A stretch of DNA of 64,000 nucleotides, taken from NCBI GenBank assembly GCA_046045965.1, contig JBJOKS010000011.1, positions 32,001 to 96,000 of the forward strand. Direction: 5' to 3'. Shown piece after piece: positions 49,649-60,058 of the stretch. Numbering within the stretch: position 1 is the stretch's first letter; the number at the start of each line of letters is the position of its first letter. The translations under genes were made by a program, and so were the position numbers. A model generated the notes under the pieces. It had not been told where the DNA came from and ran no database searches. It saw only the letters and a list, made by a program, of their open reading frames with translations. The stretch is from Cyanobacteriota bacterium (GTDB lineage Bacteria > Cyanobacteriota > Cyanobacteriia > Cyanobacteriales > Nostocaceae).

Positions 49649-50704
49649 TTAAAAAATGATTCTTCCTCCTAATTCTTCCATCATTTCTTCTAGGAGTTCT
49701 TCCATCATTTCTTCTCTGAGGGAACGCAAACTGGGTGGACCTTCAAGAAATTCTTTGATTGTAATCTTCTTGTTTCTAAAGTCCTGAATAAAATCACGAA
49801 TATCAACAATAATTTCAATTTGTGATTCTAATTGTTTCAACATTATACTAATAGAATCAACTCCGTATTTTGCAGCTTTGCGAGCATCAGAAACCATTGT
49901 TCCTTCAGGAGTATTTTTAGCTAGACGCAGTTCCTGTTTTAATTTATCATATTGATTTTTGAGAATTTCATTTTGCTGTTCTAGATTTTTGCATCTGCGA
50001 GTTAAATCATCTTCGTTATTATTATCAATAATTTCTCCTAACTGATGCTGTCTTTCAATTTCTAAAAGTCTGGCTAAATCTCCTTCTTGATAAGCTTTAT
50101 TAATTTCTTTCATGATTTCGGTATGAGACTTATGGGTTTCACTGTCTTGTACTTTATCTGGATGAAAGATTTCTGCTAACTTCAAAAATGTCTGTCTAAC
50201 TTTTCTCGAATCTTCTGTTCTACTAGCAGAACTTGATTTTACTTCCTGTTGTGAATCCCAATATTGATGACGGTTTTGACGACTTTGATGATCGTCTGTT
50301 TCGGAATTTTCAAACATTTCATCTAGTTCTGAATCATCATCTTCTTCACTCACAGATTTGGGGCTAATTATCCCTGATATTTGCAAATTCATGTACAGAG
50401 ATTCAATTTTTCTCTGCGTTTGTTTACCAAGATTTCTAGTAGTTAAAATTTCCTTAAATAACGCATGAATTTCCTGATCTAAGTCAGACATTTTCTTGAA
50501 GCAGGGACTGGCTTTTTGAAATATCTCTGTCGCTAAAGAACGCATTCGTTCGACGAAATTATTTATTTCTGTGCGCTTCTTTTTAATCTGTTTGAGTAAT
50601 GATTGGTGTTCTTTTTCTAGAGCAGCTAAATAGATATGCAGATCAGAAAGTGCTAGGGTTGTGCTGGGAGATGTTGGTGATGCAGACTTGGTTTTTCTAG
50701 GCAT
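49649..50704 (-). CDS. Coiled-coil protein with an internal J domain
   Basis: RQTFLKLAEIFHPDK...MKEINKAY (HPD motif) flanked by coiled coils. Confidence 0.8.
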   Translation of the reverse strand: MPRKTKSASPTSPSTTLALSDLHIYLAALEKEHQSLLKQIKKKRTEINNFVERMRSLATEIFQKASPCFKKMSDLDQEIHALFKEILTTRNLGKQTQRKIESLYMNLQISGIISPKSVSEEDDDSELDEMFENSETDDHQSRQNRHQYWDSQQEVKSSSASRTEDSRKVRQTFLKLAEIFHPDKVQDSETHKSHTEIMKEINKAYQEGDLARLLEIERQHQLGEIIDNNNEDDLTRRCKNLEQQNEILKNQYDKLKQELRLAKNTPEGTMVSDARKAAKYGVDSISIMLKQLESQIEIIVDIRDFIQDFRNKKITIKEFLEGPPSLRSLREEMMEELLEEMMEELGGRIIF

Positions 50705-50785
50705 AAATAAAATAGGGAATAGGGAATAGGCAAGAGTTGATTAATTTAATTTTACAATGCCCCATACCCTATGCCCCATGCCCAA

Positions 50786-52174
50786 TTACCTATTTAATTG
50801 TGCATCTGTCACCCAAGCACCGTGAAAACCATAGGGTATTCGTTGGGGAATTATGACTTTTGCGACTGGTTCATTGGTGACATCCTGAGCATTTATAACT
50901 ACTAATTCAGAAGTTTGGGAATTTTCATCACGAACAAAGGTGATTAACCAGCCATCATCTTCTGTTGCTGCATTGAGACGAGGTGCAAACACGGCTTCTC
51001 CACCATAACGCCCTTGTTCAAATTCATGGGTTTGGGATTTGCCATCACTGAAATTATACTTAATTATACCCTCAAATAAAGGTACAGGACTATTCGCCAT
51101 TTTCCCAGCGTAACCGTATTGGGTTTTTCTTCCCAGCAGGTTTTCGTTAACGCGGGGAAATTCTACTGGTACGTCGTCTAGGGTTTCTTCTGTGACTGCA
51201 CCTGTGCTGAGGTTAAACCGCCAACGATGTAAGAGGGGTATATTTGCTGTAGGATCTGTTGATGACCCAATCTCTAATACGGTGGTGGAACTCATGCGAC
51301 AAGCAATAAGTATGATTTCGTCTCCGGCTTCGTAGGCGTTAAGGGTATGGAAGATGTAGCAGGAAGGACTTTCAAACCAGCGGATATTGCTGTTATCTCC
51401 GTGACGGGGTAAAATGCCGAAACGACTGGGACGTTGACTTTCAAACATCATCATTGCTTCTCCCCTTTGCATCCGTTCCATGCTGAATGTGAGGGGTAAA
51501 TCCATGAAAATAGTATAATTTTCAGTAATGGCGAAATCGTGCATCATTACCCCCATTGGTAGTTCAATGGGTACTGTCCGCAATATTTCACCTTGTGCTG
51601 AAACTACGCCATATTGTAAGTATGGGGGTGCAAAGGAGTAGCCAAAAAACATCATTTCCCCGGTAACTGGGTCTACTTTCGGATGAGCAGTAAAGGGGGA
51701 AGTTAGTTGATTGTTGTAAGTATATTCCCCAATGGTTGCTAATTCGGGAAGTTGGATATTGTGGGGTGATCCACCTTCCCATAGTGCTAAAAATTGTCCA
51801 GCGTGCCATACTAAGGCAGTATTAGCGGTGTTTTTACCTGGTCCGTAGGGGTTGTCCATTTGTGGTGGTTCTAAAAGTCCACTCCACACGGCTTTACCCA
51901 CTTGGTTTTCAATGTTCCAGCCTCTAGTACGGACGTAACGGTTGCGATAGGTGGCTTTACCGTTGCTAATTTCTACGCCATGCAACATTCCATCACCATC
52001 AAACCAGTGATATTGTCCGATGGGTTGATGTTGGGGGTTTGGTCCATTGCGGACAAACATCCCGGAAAGGTCGGGGGGTAGTTCACCAATGACTTTCAGG
52101 GTGTCTGTGGTGATTTCTTGGCTAACTGGGGCAAAATTCCCATCTAAATAAGGATTTACTACGGTTGTTGTCAT
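50786..52174 (-). CDS. Carotenoid cleavage oxygenase (RPE65/LSD family)
   Basis: NPYLDGNFAPV, RNGPNP, HWFDGDG, TAHPK, MHDF, IFH, EFPRVN, GFHG; likely start MTTTVV at 52174. Confidence 0.92.
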   Translation of the reverse strand: MTTTVVNPYLDGNFAPVSQEITTDTLKVIGELPPDLSGMFVRNGPNPQHQPIGQYHWFDGDGMLHGVEISNGKATYRNRYVRTRGWNIENQVGKAVWSGLLEPPQMDNPYGPGKNTANTALVWHAGQFLALWEGGSPHNIQLPELATIGEYTYNNQLTSPFTAHPKVDPVTGEMMFFGYSFAPPYLQYGVVSAQGEILRTVPIELPMGVMMHDFAITENYTIFMDLPLTFSMERMQRGEAMMMFESQRPSRFGILPRHGDNSNIRWFESPSCYIFHTLNAYEAGDEIILIACRMSSTTVLEIGSSTDPTANIPLLHRWRFNLSTGAVTEETLDDVPVEFPRVNENLLGRKTQYGYAGKMANSPVPLFEGIIKYNFSDGKSQTHEFEQGRYGGEAVFAPRLNAATEDDGWLITFVRDENSQTSELVVINAQDVTNEPVAKVIIPQRIPYGFHGAWVTDAQLNR

Positions 52175-52247
52175 TGTTATTGTTGAGTTTTTTGACGATG
52201 CTTTATTTAATATAGCCATACTCGAAAATCTAAAATCTAAAATTGTT

Positions 52248-52886
52248 ATGAGCTTAACTCTTTATCTACTCCGTCATGGAGAAACAGAATGTAGTCGAAA
52301 TCATGCCTTTTGTGGTTCGATAGATTCAGAACTTACCCCTGAAGGTGTGGAAATGGCTCATGCTTTTGCTGCTGCATACACTTCTACTCCTTGGGAGGCG
52401 ATTTTTTCCAGTCCCATGCGTCGCACTATGGAAACTGCAAAACCTTTGTGTACGGCGTTGGGAATGCAACCAATATTGCGGGATGGTTTACGAGAAATTA
52501 ACTATGGTAAATGGGAAGGAAAAACCCCGGAAGTGATCAGCCGAGAATATCATGATGATTATCTGCGCTGGTCTGCTGATCCGGCTTGGTATGCACCGAA
52601 TGGTGGAGAATTAGCTGTAACAATTGCTTCTCGCGCTATGCAGGTAATTGAAGAAATTAAGCAGCTTTACAGCAGTGGGAATGTTTTAGTTGTTACTCAT
52701 AAAGCAACAATTAGAATTATTCTTTGCAGTTTGTTGGGTATTGATGTCGGACGTTTTCGTTATCGTTGGGGTTGTCCGGTTGGTTCTGTGAGTATTATTG
52801 AATTTACTGAACATGGTCCAATGTTGCAAACTTTAGCAGACCGGACTCATTTAGATGCAAGATTGCGAAGTTTAGGAGGAACGTAA
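52248..52886 (+). CDS. Histidine phosphatase (phosphoglycerate mutase family)
   Basis: LLRHGET, SSPMRR, REINYGKWEG, VVTH. Confidence 0.9.
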   Translation: MSLTLYLLRHGETECSRNHAFCGSIDSELTPEGVEMAHAFAAAYTSTPWEAIFSSPMRRTMETAKPLCTALGMQPILRDGLREINYGKWEGKTPEVISREYHDDYLRWSADPAWYAPNGGELAVTIASRAMQVIEEIKQLYSSGNVLVVTHKATIRIILCSLLGIDVGRFRYRWGCPVGSVSIIEFTEHGPMLQTLADRTHLDARLRSLGGT

Positions 52887-53015
52887 ATTGGTGATTGGTG
52901 ATTGGTGATTGGTGATTGGGAAGAATAAACTTTTGCCTTTTTACTGTCACCTGTTACCTGATTCCAAAATGTATTACACTAAAAATAAAGACTTACTCGC
53001 ACCTAAAAATGTTAT

Positions 53016-53103
53016 GACTTACGCACGAGTTATGGAATAAACGAACCACAGAGGCACAGAGAACACAGAGGAATGAGGTTTTGAGAGATATTTTGTGTAA
53101 GTC
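53016..53103. mobile_element. Small TIR element (GACTTACGCAC...GTGTAAGTC) with ACACAGAG repeats
   Basis: Imperfect terminal inverted repeat; related interrupted copy at 54223-54345. Confidence 0.6.
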
Positions 53104-53183
53104 CTGAATGTGATTTTATGTCTTTTTTATTTTCGGGAAAAACCAATCTATTTTAATTTGAAAATATAAAGGTGTAATCAAAA

Positions 53184-54140
53184 GTGAGTAATATTGATAA
53201 TTATAGTTTTACAGTTGCTGAAGAATTTGCTATTCCCCAAGCTTCTGCTGATTTTAAATCTGGTTTTATTGGCATTATTGGCCGTCCCAATGTCGGTAAA
53301 TCTACTTTAATGAATCAATTAATAGGACAAAAAATAGCCATTACATCACCAATAGCACAAACTACCAGAAATCGGTTAAGGGGGATTTTAACTAAAGAAG
53401 AAGCGCAGTTAATTTTTGTGGATACTCCAGGGATTCATAAACCTCATCATCAACTGGGGGAAGTGCTGGTAAAAAATGCCAGAATTGCGATTGAGTCGGT
53501 AGATGTGATTTTGTTTGTAGTTGATGGAACAGCGTCTTGTGGTGGAGGCGATCGCTTTATTGCTGAGTTATTAAATCGGAGTGACATCCCGGTTATTTTA
53601 GGTATTAATAAAATAGATCAACAACCAGCAGATTCCGAAAAAATAGATAAGAGTTATATTGAATTAGCGCGAGAAAATGAATGGCAGATTGTCAAATTTT
53701 CAGCGGTGAATGGTGAGGGTTTACTAAAACTACAAGATTTATTAATTGCAAATTTAGAACCTGGTCCTTTTTATTATCCACCAGATTTAGTCACAGATCA
53801 ACCGGAAAGATTTATTATGGGGGAATTAATCAGGGAACAGATATTATTGTTGACTCGTGAAGAAGTTCCTCATTCAGTGGCGATCGCTATTGATTTAGTA
53901 GAAGAAGCTCCAACTATTACCCGTGTACTCGCAACTATCCACGTGGAAAGAGATTCCCAAAAAGGGATTTTGATTGGTAAAGGTGGGACAATGCTCAAAG
54001 CTATTGGTAGTGCTGCGCGTGAACAAATCCAAAAACTAATTGCGGGTAAAGTTTACCTAGAATTATTTGTGAAAGTGCAACCAAAATGGCGACATTCACG
54101 AGTGAGATTAGCAGAGTTAGGATATAGGGTGGAAGAATAG
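53184..54140 (+). CDS. era: GTPase Era
   Basis: GRPNVGKST, QTTR, DTPG, NKID, KH domain SQKGILIGKGG. Confidence 0.96.
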   Translation: MSNIDNYSFTVAEEFAIPQASADFKSGFIGIIGRPNVGKSTLMNQLIGQKIAITSPIAQTTRNRLRGILTKEEAQLIFVDTPGIHKPHHQLGEVLVKNARIAIESVDVILFVVDGTASCGGGDRFIAELLNRSDIPVILGINKIDQQPADSEKIDKSYIELARENEWQIVKFSAVNGEGLLKLQDLLIANLEPGPFYYPPDLVTDQPERFIMGELIREQILLLTREEVPHSVAIAIDLVEEAPTITRVLATIHVERDSQKGILIGKGGTMLKAIGSAAREQIQKLIAGKVYLELFVKVQPKWRHSRVRLAELGYRVEE

Positions 54141-54160
54141 AAGATGGGGAATATAGGAAT

Positions 54161-55091
54161 TTTGTCAGAATCAGGATGTCCAGGATTATAGGATTTTCAG
54201 GATGTTATTTGATGATGGTTGGTTACGCACAAGTCATGGAAGAATGAACCACGTTCTGCGAAGCAGTTCCCGAAGGGTAGTTACGAAGAACACGTTCACC
54301 GAAGGTGTTCCCGAAGGGTAGGTAAGAGGTTTTAGAGAGATTTTCTATTTTCATCCTCTACATCCATAAATTTTAGTTGTCCTGATTCTCACCATCTGCG
54401 TTCATCTGCTCATGGTTTTGGGAGGTAACAAATTTGTCTTGATTTTTATATTATAGGACTTACACACAAGTTACACTAAACCTATCTTTATTTCTCCCTT
54501 GGTTTGTGCGATCGCTTAACCCAACCTACGGAAACTTTTTTAACTCTTTGTGTCTTTGCATCTTAGCGTCAGCTACCTTAACAATTCTTAACTCAATTTT
54601 TCCAAAAAAGTTTCAACACCCTTTTTTACCCTCAAATTATTGAGAATGGCTGCGAATGACTCAACGTAATTTCAAGGGTCTTGACTTCTAACAGGGTTAT
54701 GTTATGATAGGTTTTAGAATAATCCAAGGGAGTATTATTTTCTAAATCAAGATTTCCAAGATTTTAGAATTTACAGGATATTATTTAATGATCTTTGATT
54801 AGCAGTTGGGGATTTTCTGATTTTCAGAATCCTAACTTAAACAATCTGCGTCTATCTGCGTTCTGATCTGGAAAATCTCAACCCAGAGAATTAAAAACCC
54901 TATATATATGCGCCCACAGATTTCTAATCATAACATAAATATAAAACCAAATTTACAGCTTGTCAAGTCTAAAAATTGCGATATCGCTAAAATCCTGTAA
55001 ATCCTTAAATCCTGGAAATCTTGATATGGCTTACGCCACGCTACGCTATCAGACAAAAAATGATCATTCCCATACAGAGTATGGGAACGAG
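54161..55091. repeat. Mosaic of nested miniature repeats in the convergent era-dxs spacer
   Basis: ATCCTG-family inverted repeats, two 29-nt hairpin inserts, a 23-nt insert, ATCTGCG repeats and a REP hairpin. Confidence 0.75.
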
Positions 55092-55101
55092 GAAAAAATA
55101 A

Positions 55102-57009
55102 CTAAACTACAGCAGCGGCTTGTTTCTTAAAGAAAGCTTGCAAAATATTATCTGCAATTTGCTGACTGGTTAAACCTAAAGAAACCTTAGATTCATCGGG
55201 TGTGGCATGATCTACCAAAATATCAGGAACACCGATCCGTTTCACAGGTACAACAACATCAGCATCAAGTAAAGCTTCAGCCACCGCAGAACCAAAGCCA
55301 CCCATTAAACAACCTTCTTCCAAAGTCACAACCCGGCCGATTTGTTGCGCCAAAGGTAATATTAAATCAGTATCCAAAGGTTTGACAAACCGGGCATTAA
55401 TGACAGTAGCTTCAATGCCGTGTTCGCTGAGAATTTCCGCTGCTTGCATTCCGGGGTAAACCATCGTACCATAGCCGACAATTAACACATCATCACCCTG
55501 GCGGAGAATTTCCCCTTTACCAATTTCCAAAGGTTCCCAACCTTCTTCCATCAAAGGTACACCATGACCATTACCACGGGGAAAACGCATAGCAATAGGT
55601 CCATCAGTATATTCAATACCTGTGACTGTCATCCGTTGCAGTTCCGCTTCGTCCTTGGGAGCCATTAACACCATGTTGGGAATACAACGCAGATAGGCGA
55701 TATCATACATCCCTTGGTGAGTTGGACCATCAGCACCCACAATACCTGCCCGATCTAAACAGAAGAAGACAGGCAGATTTTGAATGCAGACATCATGGAT
55801 AATTTGGTCATAGCCACGTTGTAGGAAAGTGGAATAAATAGCAGCGACGGGACGCATACCTTCACAAGCTAAACCCGCAGCCACAGTTACAGCGTGTTGT
55901 TCAGCAATACCCACATCAATATATTGATGAGGTAATTTAGCTTGGAGTTTATCCAAACCTGTACCTGTGGCCATAGCTGCGGTAATACCGACAATTTTCG
56001 GGTTTTGTTCAGCCAGTTTCACCAAGGTGTGAGAAAAGACTTTGGCGTAGGCAGGAGGTTTAGGTTTAGTGGAAGGAATAGCCTTACCAGTGGTGACATT
56101 AAAGGGGTTTTGGGCATGATAGCCTACTTGGTCTTTTTCTGCCATTTCATAGCCTTTACCCTTGACGGTGGCTACGTGAACCAGCACTGGACCAGTAATT
56201 TGATGTGCTTGTTGGAAGGTGGCAATAAGTTCTTCTAAATTATGGCCATCAACTGGACCCATGTAGGTAAAACCCAGTTCTTCAAAAACTGCACCGACTT
56301 TGGGAACTGCTAAACGTTTCATTCCTTCTTTGATGCGGTCCAGTTCTGGGGAAATAGATTCACCAACGAAAGGAATATGTTTTAGCTGTTCCTCAATACC
56401 ATCTGAGAGAAACTGCACCGGGGGACTGAGGCGCATTTTATTGAGATAGCGAGGAATAGCACCGACGTTGGGAGAGATGGACATCTCGTTGTCATTGAGA
56501 ACCACCAGCAGGTTAGTTTTGGGTAGGTGGCCAGCGTGGTTGATAGCTTCTAAGGCCATACCTCCAGTTAAAGCACCATCACCAATGACAGCAACAGCTT
56601 TGAATTTTTCCCCTTTTAAGTCACGGGCTAAGGCCATACCTAAAGCTGCGGAAATACTTGTAGAAGCGTGTCCTGCTCCAAAGTGGTCAAATTTGTTTTC
56701 ACAGCGTTTGAGATAACCGGCAACTCCGTCTTTTTGTCTGAGGGTGTGGAAGTCGTGGTAACGTCCTGTGATTAGTTTGTGGGGATAAGCTTGGTGTCCT
56801 ACATCCCAAATTACTTTATCCCGGTCTAAGTCTAATGTTTGGTAAAGTCCCAGGGTTAATTCAACAACTCCCAAACCAGGACCCAAATGCCCCCCAGTTG
56901 CGGCCACGGTTTGCAGGTGCTTATCTCGAATTTGTCGGGCAATTTGTTGTAACTGCCGAATAGACAAACCGTGCAACTGGTTAGGATGGGTGATTTCACT
57001 CAGATGCAT
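55102..57009 (-). CDS. dxs: 1-deoxy-D-xylulose-5-phosphate synthase
   Basis: [28 protein letters not shown]...NDN, GIAEQHA, YSTFLQR. Confidence 0.97.
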   Translation of the reverse strand: MHLSEITHPNQLHGLSIRQLQQIARQIRDKHLQTVAATGGHLGPGLGVVELTLGLYQTLDLDRDKVIWDVGHQAYPHKLITGRYHDFHTLRQKDGVAGYLKRCENKFDHFGAGHASTSISAALGMALARDLKGEKFKAVAVIGDGALTGGMALEAINHAGHLPKTNLLVVLNDNEMSISPNVGAIPRYLNKMRLSPPVQFLSDGIEEQLKHIPFVGESISPELDRIKEGMKRLAVPKVGAVFEELGFTYMGPVDGHNLEELIATFQQAHQITGPVLVHVATVKGKGYEMAEKDQVGYHAQNPFNVTTGKAIPSTKPKPPAYAKVFSHTLVKLAEQNPKIVGITAAMATGTGLDKLQAKLPHQYIDVGIAEQHAVTVAAGLACEGMRPVAAIYSTFLQRGYDQIIHDVCIQNLPVFFCLDRAGIVGADGPTHQGMYDIAYLRCIPNMVLMAPKDEAELQRMTVTGIEYTDGPIAMRFPRGNGHGVPLMEEGWEPLEIGKGEILRQGDDVLIVGYGTMVYPGMQAAEILSEHGIEATVINARFVKPLDTDLILPLAQQIGRVVTLEEGCLMGGFGSAVAEALLDADVVVPVKRIGVPDILVDHATPDESKVSLGLTSQQIADNILQAFFKKQAAAVV

Positions 57010-57179
57010 ATTATAAGGTTTTCCTCTCTAACTCTACTTTTTGGCATTATTTGATTTTCCCACTTCCGGTGGCTACAAAAATCTAACTGTGATTAATGTT
57101 GTTTTATCACTATAACTTTGACTGGGGACTGGGGACTGGGGACTGGGAACAGGTAAATAATTTTCTCCCCATCTCCACG

Positions 57180-57869
57180 TTAAAATTGCAGAATAGTGGG
57201 AACTATAGGTGTTTCTGCCTGTTTCTGTTGACGTTGTAAATATCTACTTAGCAAATAAGCCAGATCACCACGGGTCATGGGGCTTAATGGGTTAATATTA
57301 CCGTTAGTATCTGTGTTGATAAATCCTTCACTGATGACTGTAGCGATCGCTCTTCTTGCCCAACTAGGTATAGATGCTGCATCTGGGTAGGGTGTTAAAA
57401 TTTCTTTGACGGTTTGATCAGGAAACTGAAACACTCCATAACCTTGGGCAAAAATCGCTAAACCTTCTGCCCTAGTCACTTTTTGATTGGGGAAAAACAT
57501 ATTCCCCCGATAACCTTTCATAATATCGGTTTTTAGCACTGTCTGAATATCCTGATATGCCCAATGATAGTTAGGTACATCTGGTACAGTTATGGTTTTT
57601 TCTTGTTTAGCTGCTTGTCGTTTATCTAAATAAAAGGCTTTCACTAAAATTGATGCTAATTCTGCTCTACTAATTAACTTTTCTGGATAAAATTTTCCAT
57701 CGGGTAAGTTATCCATCAATTTTGCTTCCAGCACTTTTTGGATATGATCTGAATCTGAATTATTAACAGATATCTGTTCTGTGATTGTTTCCTGGGCAAT
57801 TACTGGGTAGGCTTGTAGCAAGGTTACTAAAGTCAATGTACCTAGTATTTTTTTCATATCTATACTCAT
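57180..57869 (-). CDS. S-layer homology (SLH) domain protein
   Basis: Signal peptide; three SLH repeats (FYPEKLISRAE, FFPNQKVTRAE, INPLSPMTRGD). Confidence 0.88.
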   Translation of the reverse strand: MSIDMKKILGTLTLVTLLQAYPVIAQETITEQISVNNSDSDHIQKVLEAKLMDNLPDGKFYPEKLISRAELASILVKAFYLDKRQAAKQEKTITVPDVPNYHWAYQDIQTVLKTDIMKGYRGNMFFPNQKVTRAEGLAIFAQGYGVFQFPDQTVKEILTPYPDAASIPSWARRAIATVISEGFINTDTNGNINPLSPMTRGDLAYLLSRYLQRQQKQAETPIVPTILQF

Positions 57870-58085
57870 TTTCAGACTGTGCTGGTTGTTCGGTTGTAGT
57901 GACGCTGGTTTAATTATTAAAGTTGCTGATTTTTGAGATCATTAATTATTAGGATTTTTTGCAGGTATAATTGAGACTTTTTTATATTTAATCTCTTCAT
58001 AATTACTAATTACCCATTACCAATTTTGTAGTATAGTCTGCTGTGAGAGAGTATTCCATTTTGTGAAATTTTCAGGAGTTTAGGA

Positions 58086-58796
58086 ATGTCCGTAGCAGCA
58101 GACCCCGTGAAGTTGATGAAGCAAGAAGTTGGCAAAGCCGCCGCCGCCCTGGTAAAATCAGGTTCTATTGTCGGGTTGGGTACGGGGTCAACTACAGCTT
58201 ACACCATTCAGTTTTTGGGCGATCGCCTCAAGTCTGGTGAACTTAAAGATATTGTCGGTGTCCCCACTTCGTTTCAGTCGGAAGTGTTAGCAAAACAATA
58301 CGGCGTTCCTCTCACCACTTTAGACGCTATTGATCATATTGACATCGCTATTGATGGTGCTGATGAAGTTGATCCCCAAAAAAATTTGATTAAAGGTGGT
58401 GGTGCAGCACATACCCGCGAAAAAGTGGTAGATTACCTGGCAAAGCAATTTATCGTTGTGGTTGATGGTGGTAAGTTAGTAGACCGTTTGGGTTCTAGTT
58501 TTGCTGTTCCAGTGGAAGTAATTCCTATGGCTATCACTCCCGTCATCAATGCTATCAAAAAACTCGGTGGTCAACCTGAACTGCGGATGGGTGTGAAAAA
58601 AGCAGGACCCGTGATCACTGACCAAGGTAACATGGTGTTAGATGTCAGATTTGATCATATTGACGACCCTGTAAATTTAGAAAAAACACTGAATAATATT
58701 CCTGGTGTTTTGGAAAATGGCATCTTTGTTAACTGTGTTGATCTGGTTTTGATTGGTGAAGTTATTGATGGTAAACCCTCTGTCCGTCAAATGTAG
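58086..58796 (+). CDS. rpiA: Ribose-5-phosphate isomerase A
   Basis: GLGTGST, DGADEVD, LIKGGG...REK, VPVEV. Confidence 0.97.
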   Translation: MSVAADPVKLMKQEVGKAAAALVKSGSIVGLGTGSTTAYTIQFLGDRLKSGELKDIVGVPTSFQSEVLAKQYGVPLTTLDAIDHIDIAIDGADEVDPQKNLIKGGGAAHTREKVVDYLAKQFIVVVDGGKLVDRLGSSFAVPVEVIPMAITPVINAIKKLGGQPELRMGVKKAGPVITDQGNMVLDVRFDHIDDPVNLEKTLNNIPGVLENGIFVNCVDLVLIGEVIDGKPSVRQM

Positions 58797-58862
58797 GTAA
58801 AATAAAAAGGGTGGGTATTTCCCACCTAAAAAAATTAAAAATTAAAAATTAAAAATCTGAAT

Positions 58863-60047
58863 ATGATGTTATACAGAAGATTTGGACGTACAGAACTACA
58901 AATGCCTGTGTTTTCCTGCGGGGGAATGCGTTATCAATTTAAATGGCAGGATGTTCCACTAGAAGAAATTCCTACCGAAAAACAGGAAAATTTAGAAGCT
59001 GTTATTTGTCGTGCATTTGAGTTAGGTATTAATCATATTGAAACTGCTAGATTTTATGGTACTTCGGAAATGCAGTTAGGCATAATATTACCTAAGTTAC
59101 CACGGGAAAAGTTAATAGTTCAAACAAAAGTTCCTCCTTGTGCAGATGCTAAGGAATTTAGAATAAATTTTGAAAAATCTTTATCATATCTTCAATTAGA
59201 GTATGTTGATTTATTAGGTTTACATGGTATTAATAATGCGGAATCTTTAGATTACAGTATTGGTAATGGCGGTTGTTTAGAGGTAGCAAAACAATTACAA
59301 GGAGAGGGAAAAGTCAGATTTATTGGGTTTTCTACCCATGCACCTTTAGAAATAATTTTACAGGCAATTAATACCAATCAATTCGATTATTTTAACCTCC
59401 ACTGGTATTATATCAATCAATGGAATTGGTCAGCAATTGAAGCTGCTAATAAATTAGATATGGGTGTGTTTATTATCAGTCCATCTAATAAAGGAGGTTT
59501 GTTATATCAACCTTCTGATAAATTAGTTAATCTCTGTCAACCATTGAGTCCGATGGTGTTTAATGATTTGTTTTGTCTGAGTCATCCCCAAGTCCATACT
59601 TTGAGTATTGGTGCTGCAAAAACAAGTGATTTTGATGAACATTTAAAAACTTTAGAATTATTAAATCAGGCTGATGAAATCTTACCACCAATTATTGCCA
59701 GGTTAGAAAATGCAGCCATAGAAACTTTAGGTGAAGATTGGGTAAAATCATGGGATCGCAATTTACCGACTTGGGAAGAAACACCAGGACAGATAAATAT
59801 TAAAGTAGTTTTATGGTTATTGAATTTAGCTTTAGCTTATGACATGGTGGAATATGGAAAAATGCGTTACAATTTATTAGGTAATGGTAATCATTGGTTT
59901 CCTGGTAATCAAGCAGATAAATTAGATGAATTAAATTTGAGAGAATGTCTTATTAATAGTCCTCATGCTAATAAAATACCACAAATGTTAGCCAAAGCTA
60001 ATGCAATGTTAAAGGCTGAAGATGTGAAACGGTTATCTCAAAGTTAA
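58863..60047 (+). CDS. Aldo/keto reductase family protein
   Basis: YRRFGRT, GINHIETARFYG, IGFSTH. Confidence 0.85.
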   Translation: MMLYRRFGRTELQMPVFSCGGMRYQFKWQDVPLEEIPTEKQENLEAVICRAFELGINHIETARFYGTSEMQLGIILPKLPREKLIVQTKVPPCADAKEFRINFEKSLSYLQLEYVDLLGLHGINNAESLDYSIGNGGCLEVAKQLQGEGKVRFIGFSTHAPLEIILQAINTNQFDYFNLHWYYINQWNWSAIEAANKLDMGVFIISPSNKGGLLYQPSDKLVNLCQPLSPMVFNDLFCLSHPQVHTLSIGAAKTSDFDEHLKTLELLNQADEILPPIIARLENAAIETLGEDWVKSWDRNLPTWEETPGQINIKVVLWLLNLALAYDMVEYGKMRYNLLGNGNHWFPGNQADKLDELNLRECLINSPHANKIPQMLAKANAMLKAEDVKRLSQS

Positions 60048-60058
60048 GCAAAGAAACT

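Noticed and set aside
54223..54345. Possible mini CRISPR array (two similar 29-nt palindromic units)
   Set aside because: Only two units, a 12-nt gap that belongs to the host element, divergent stems and no cas genes in the window
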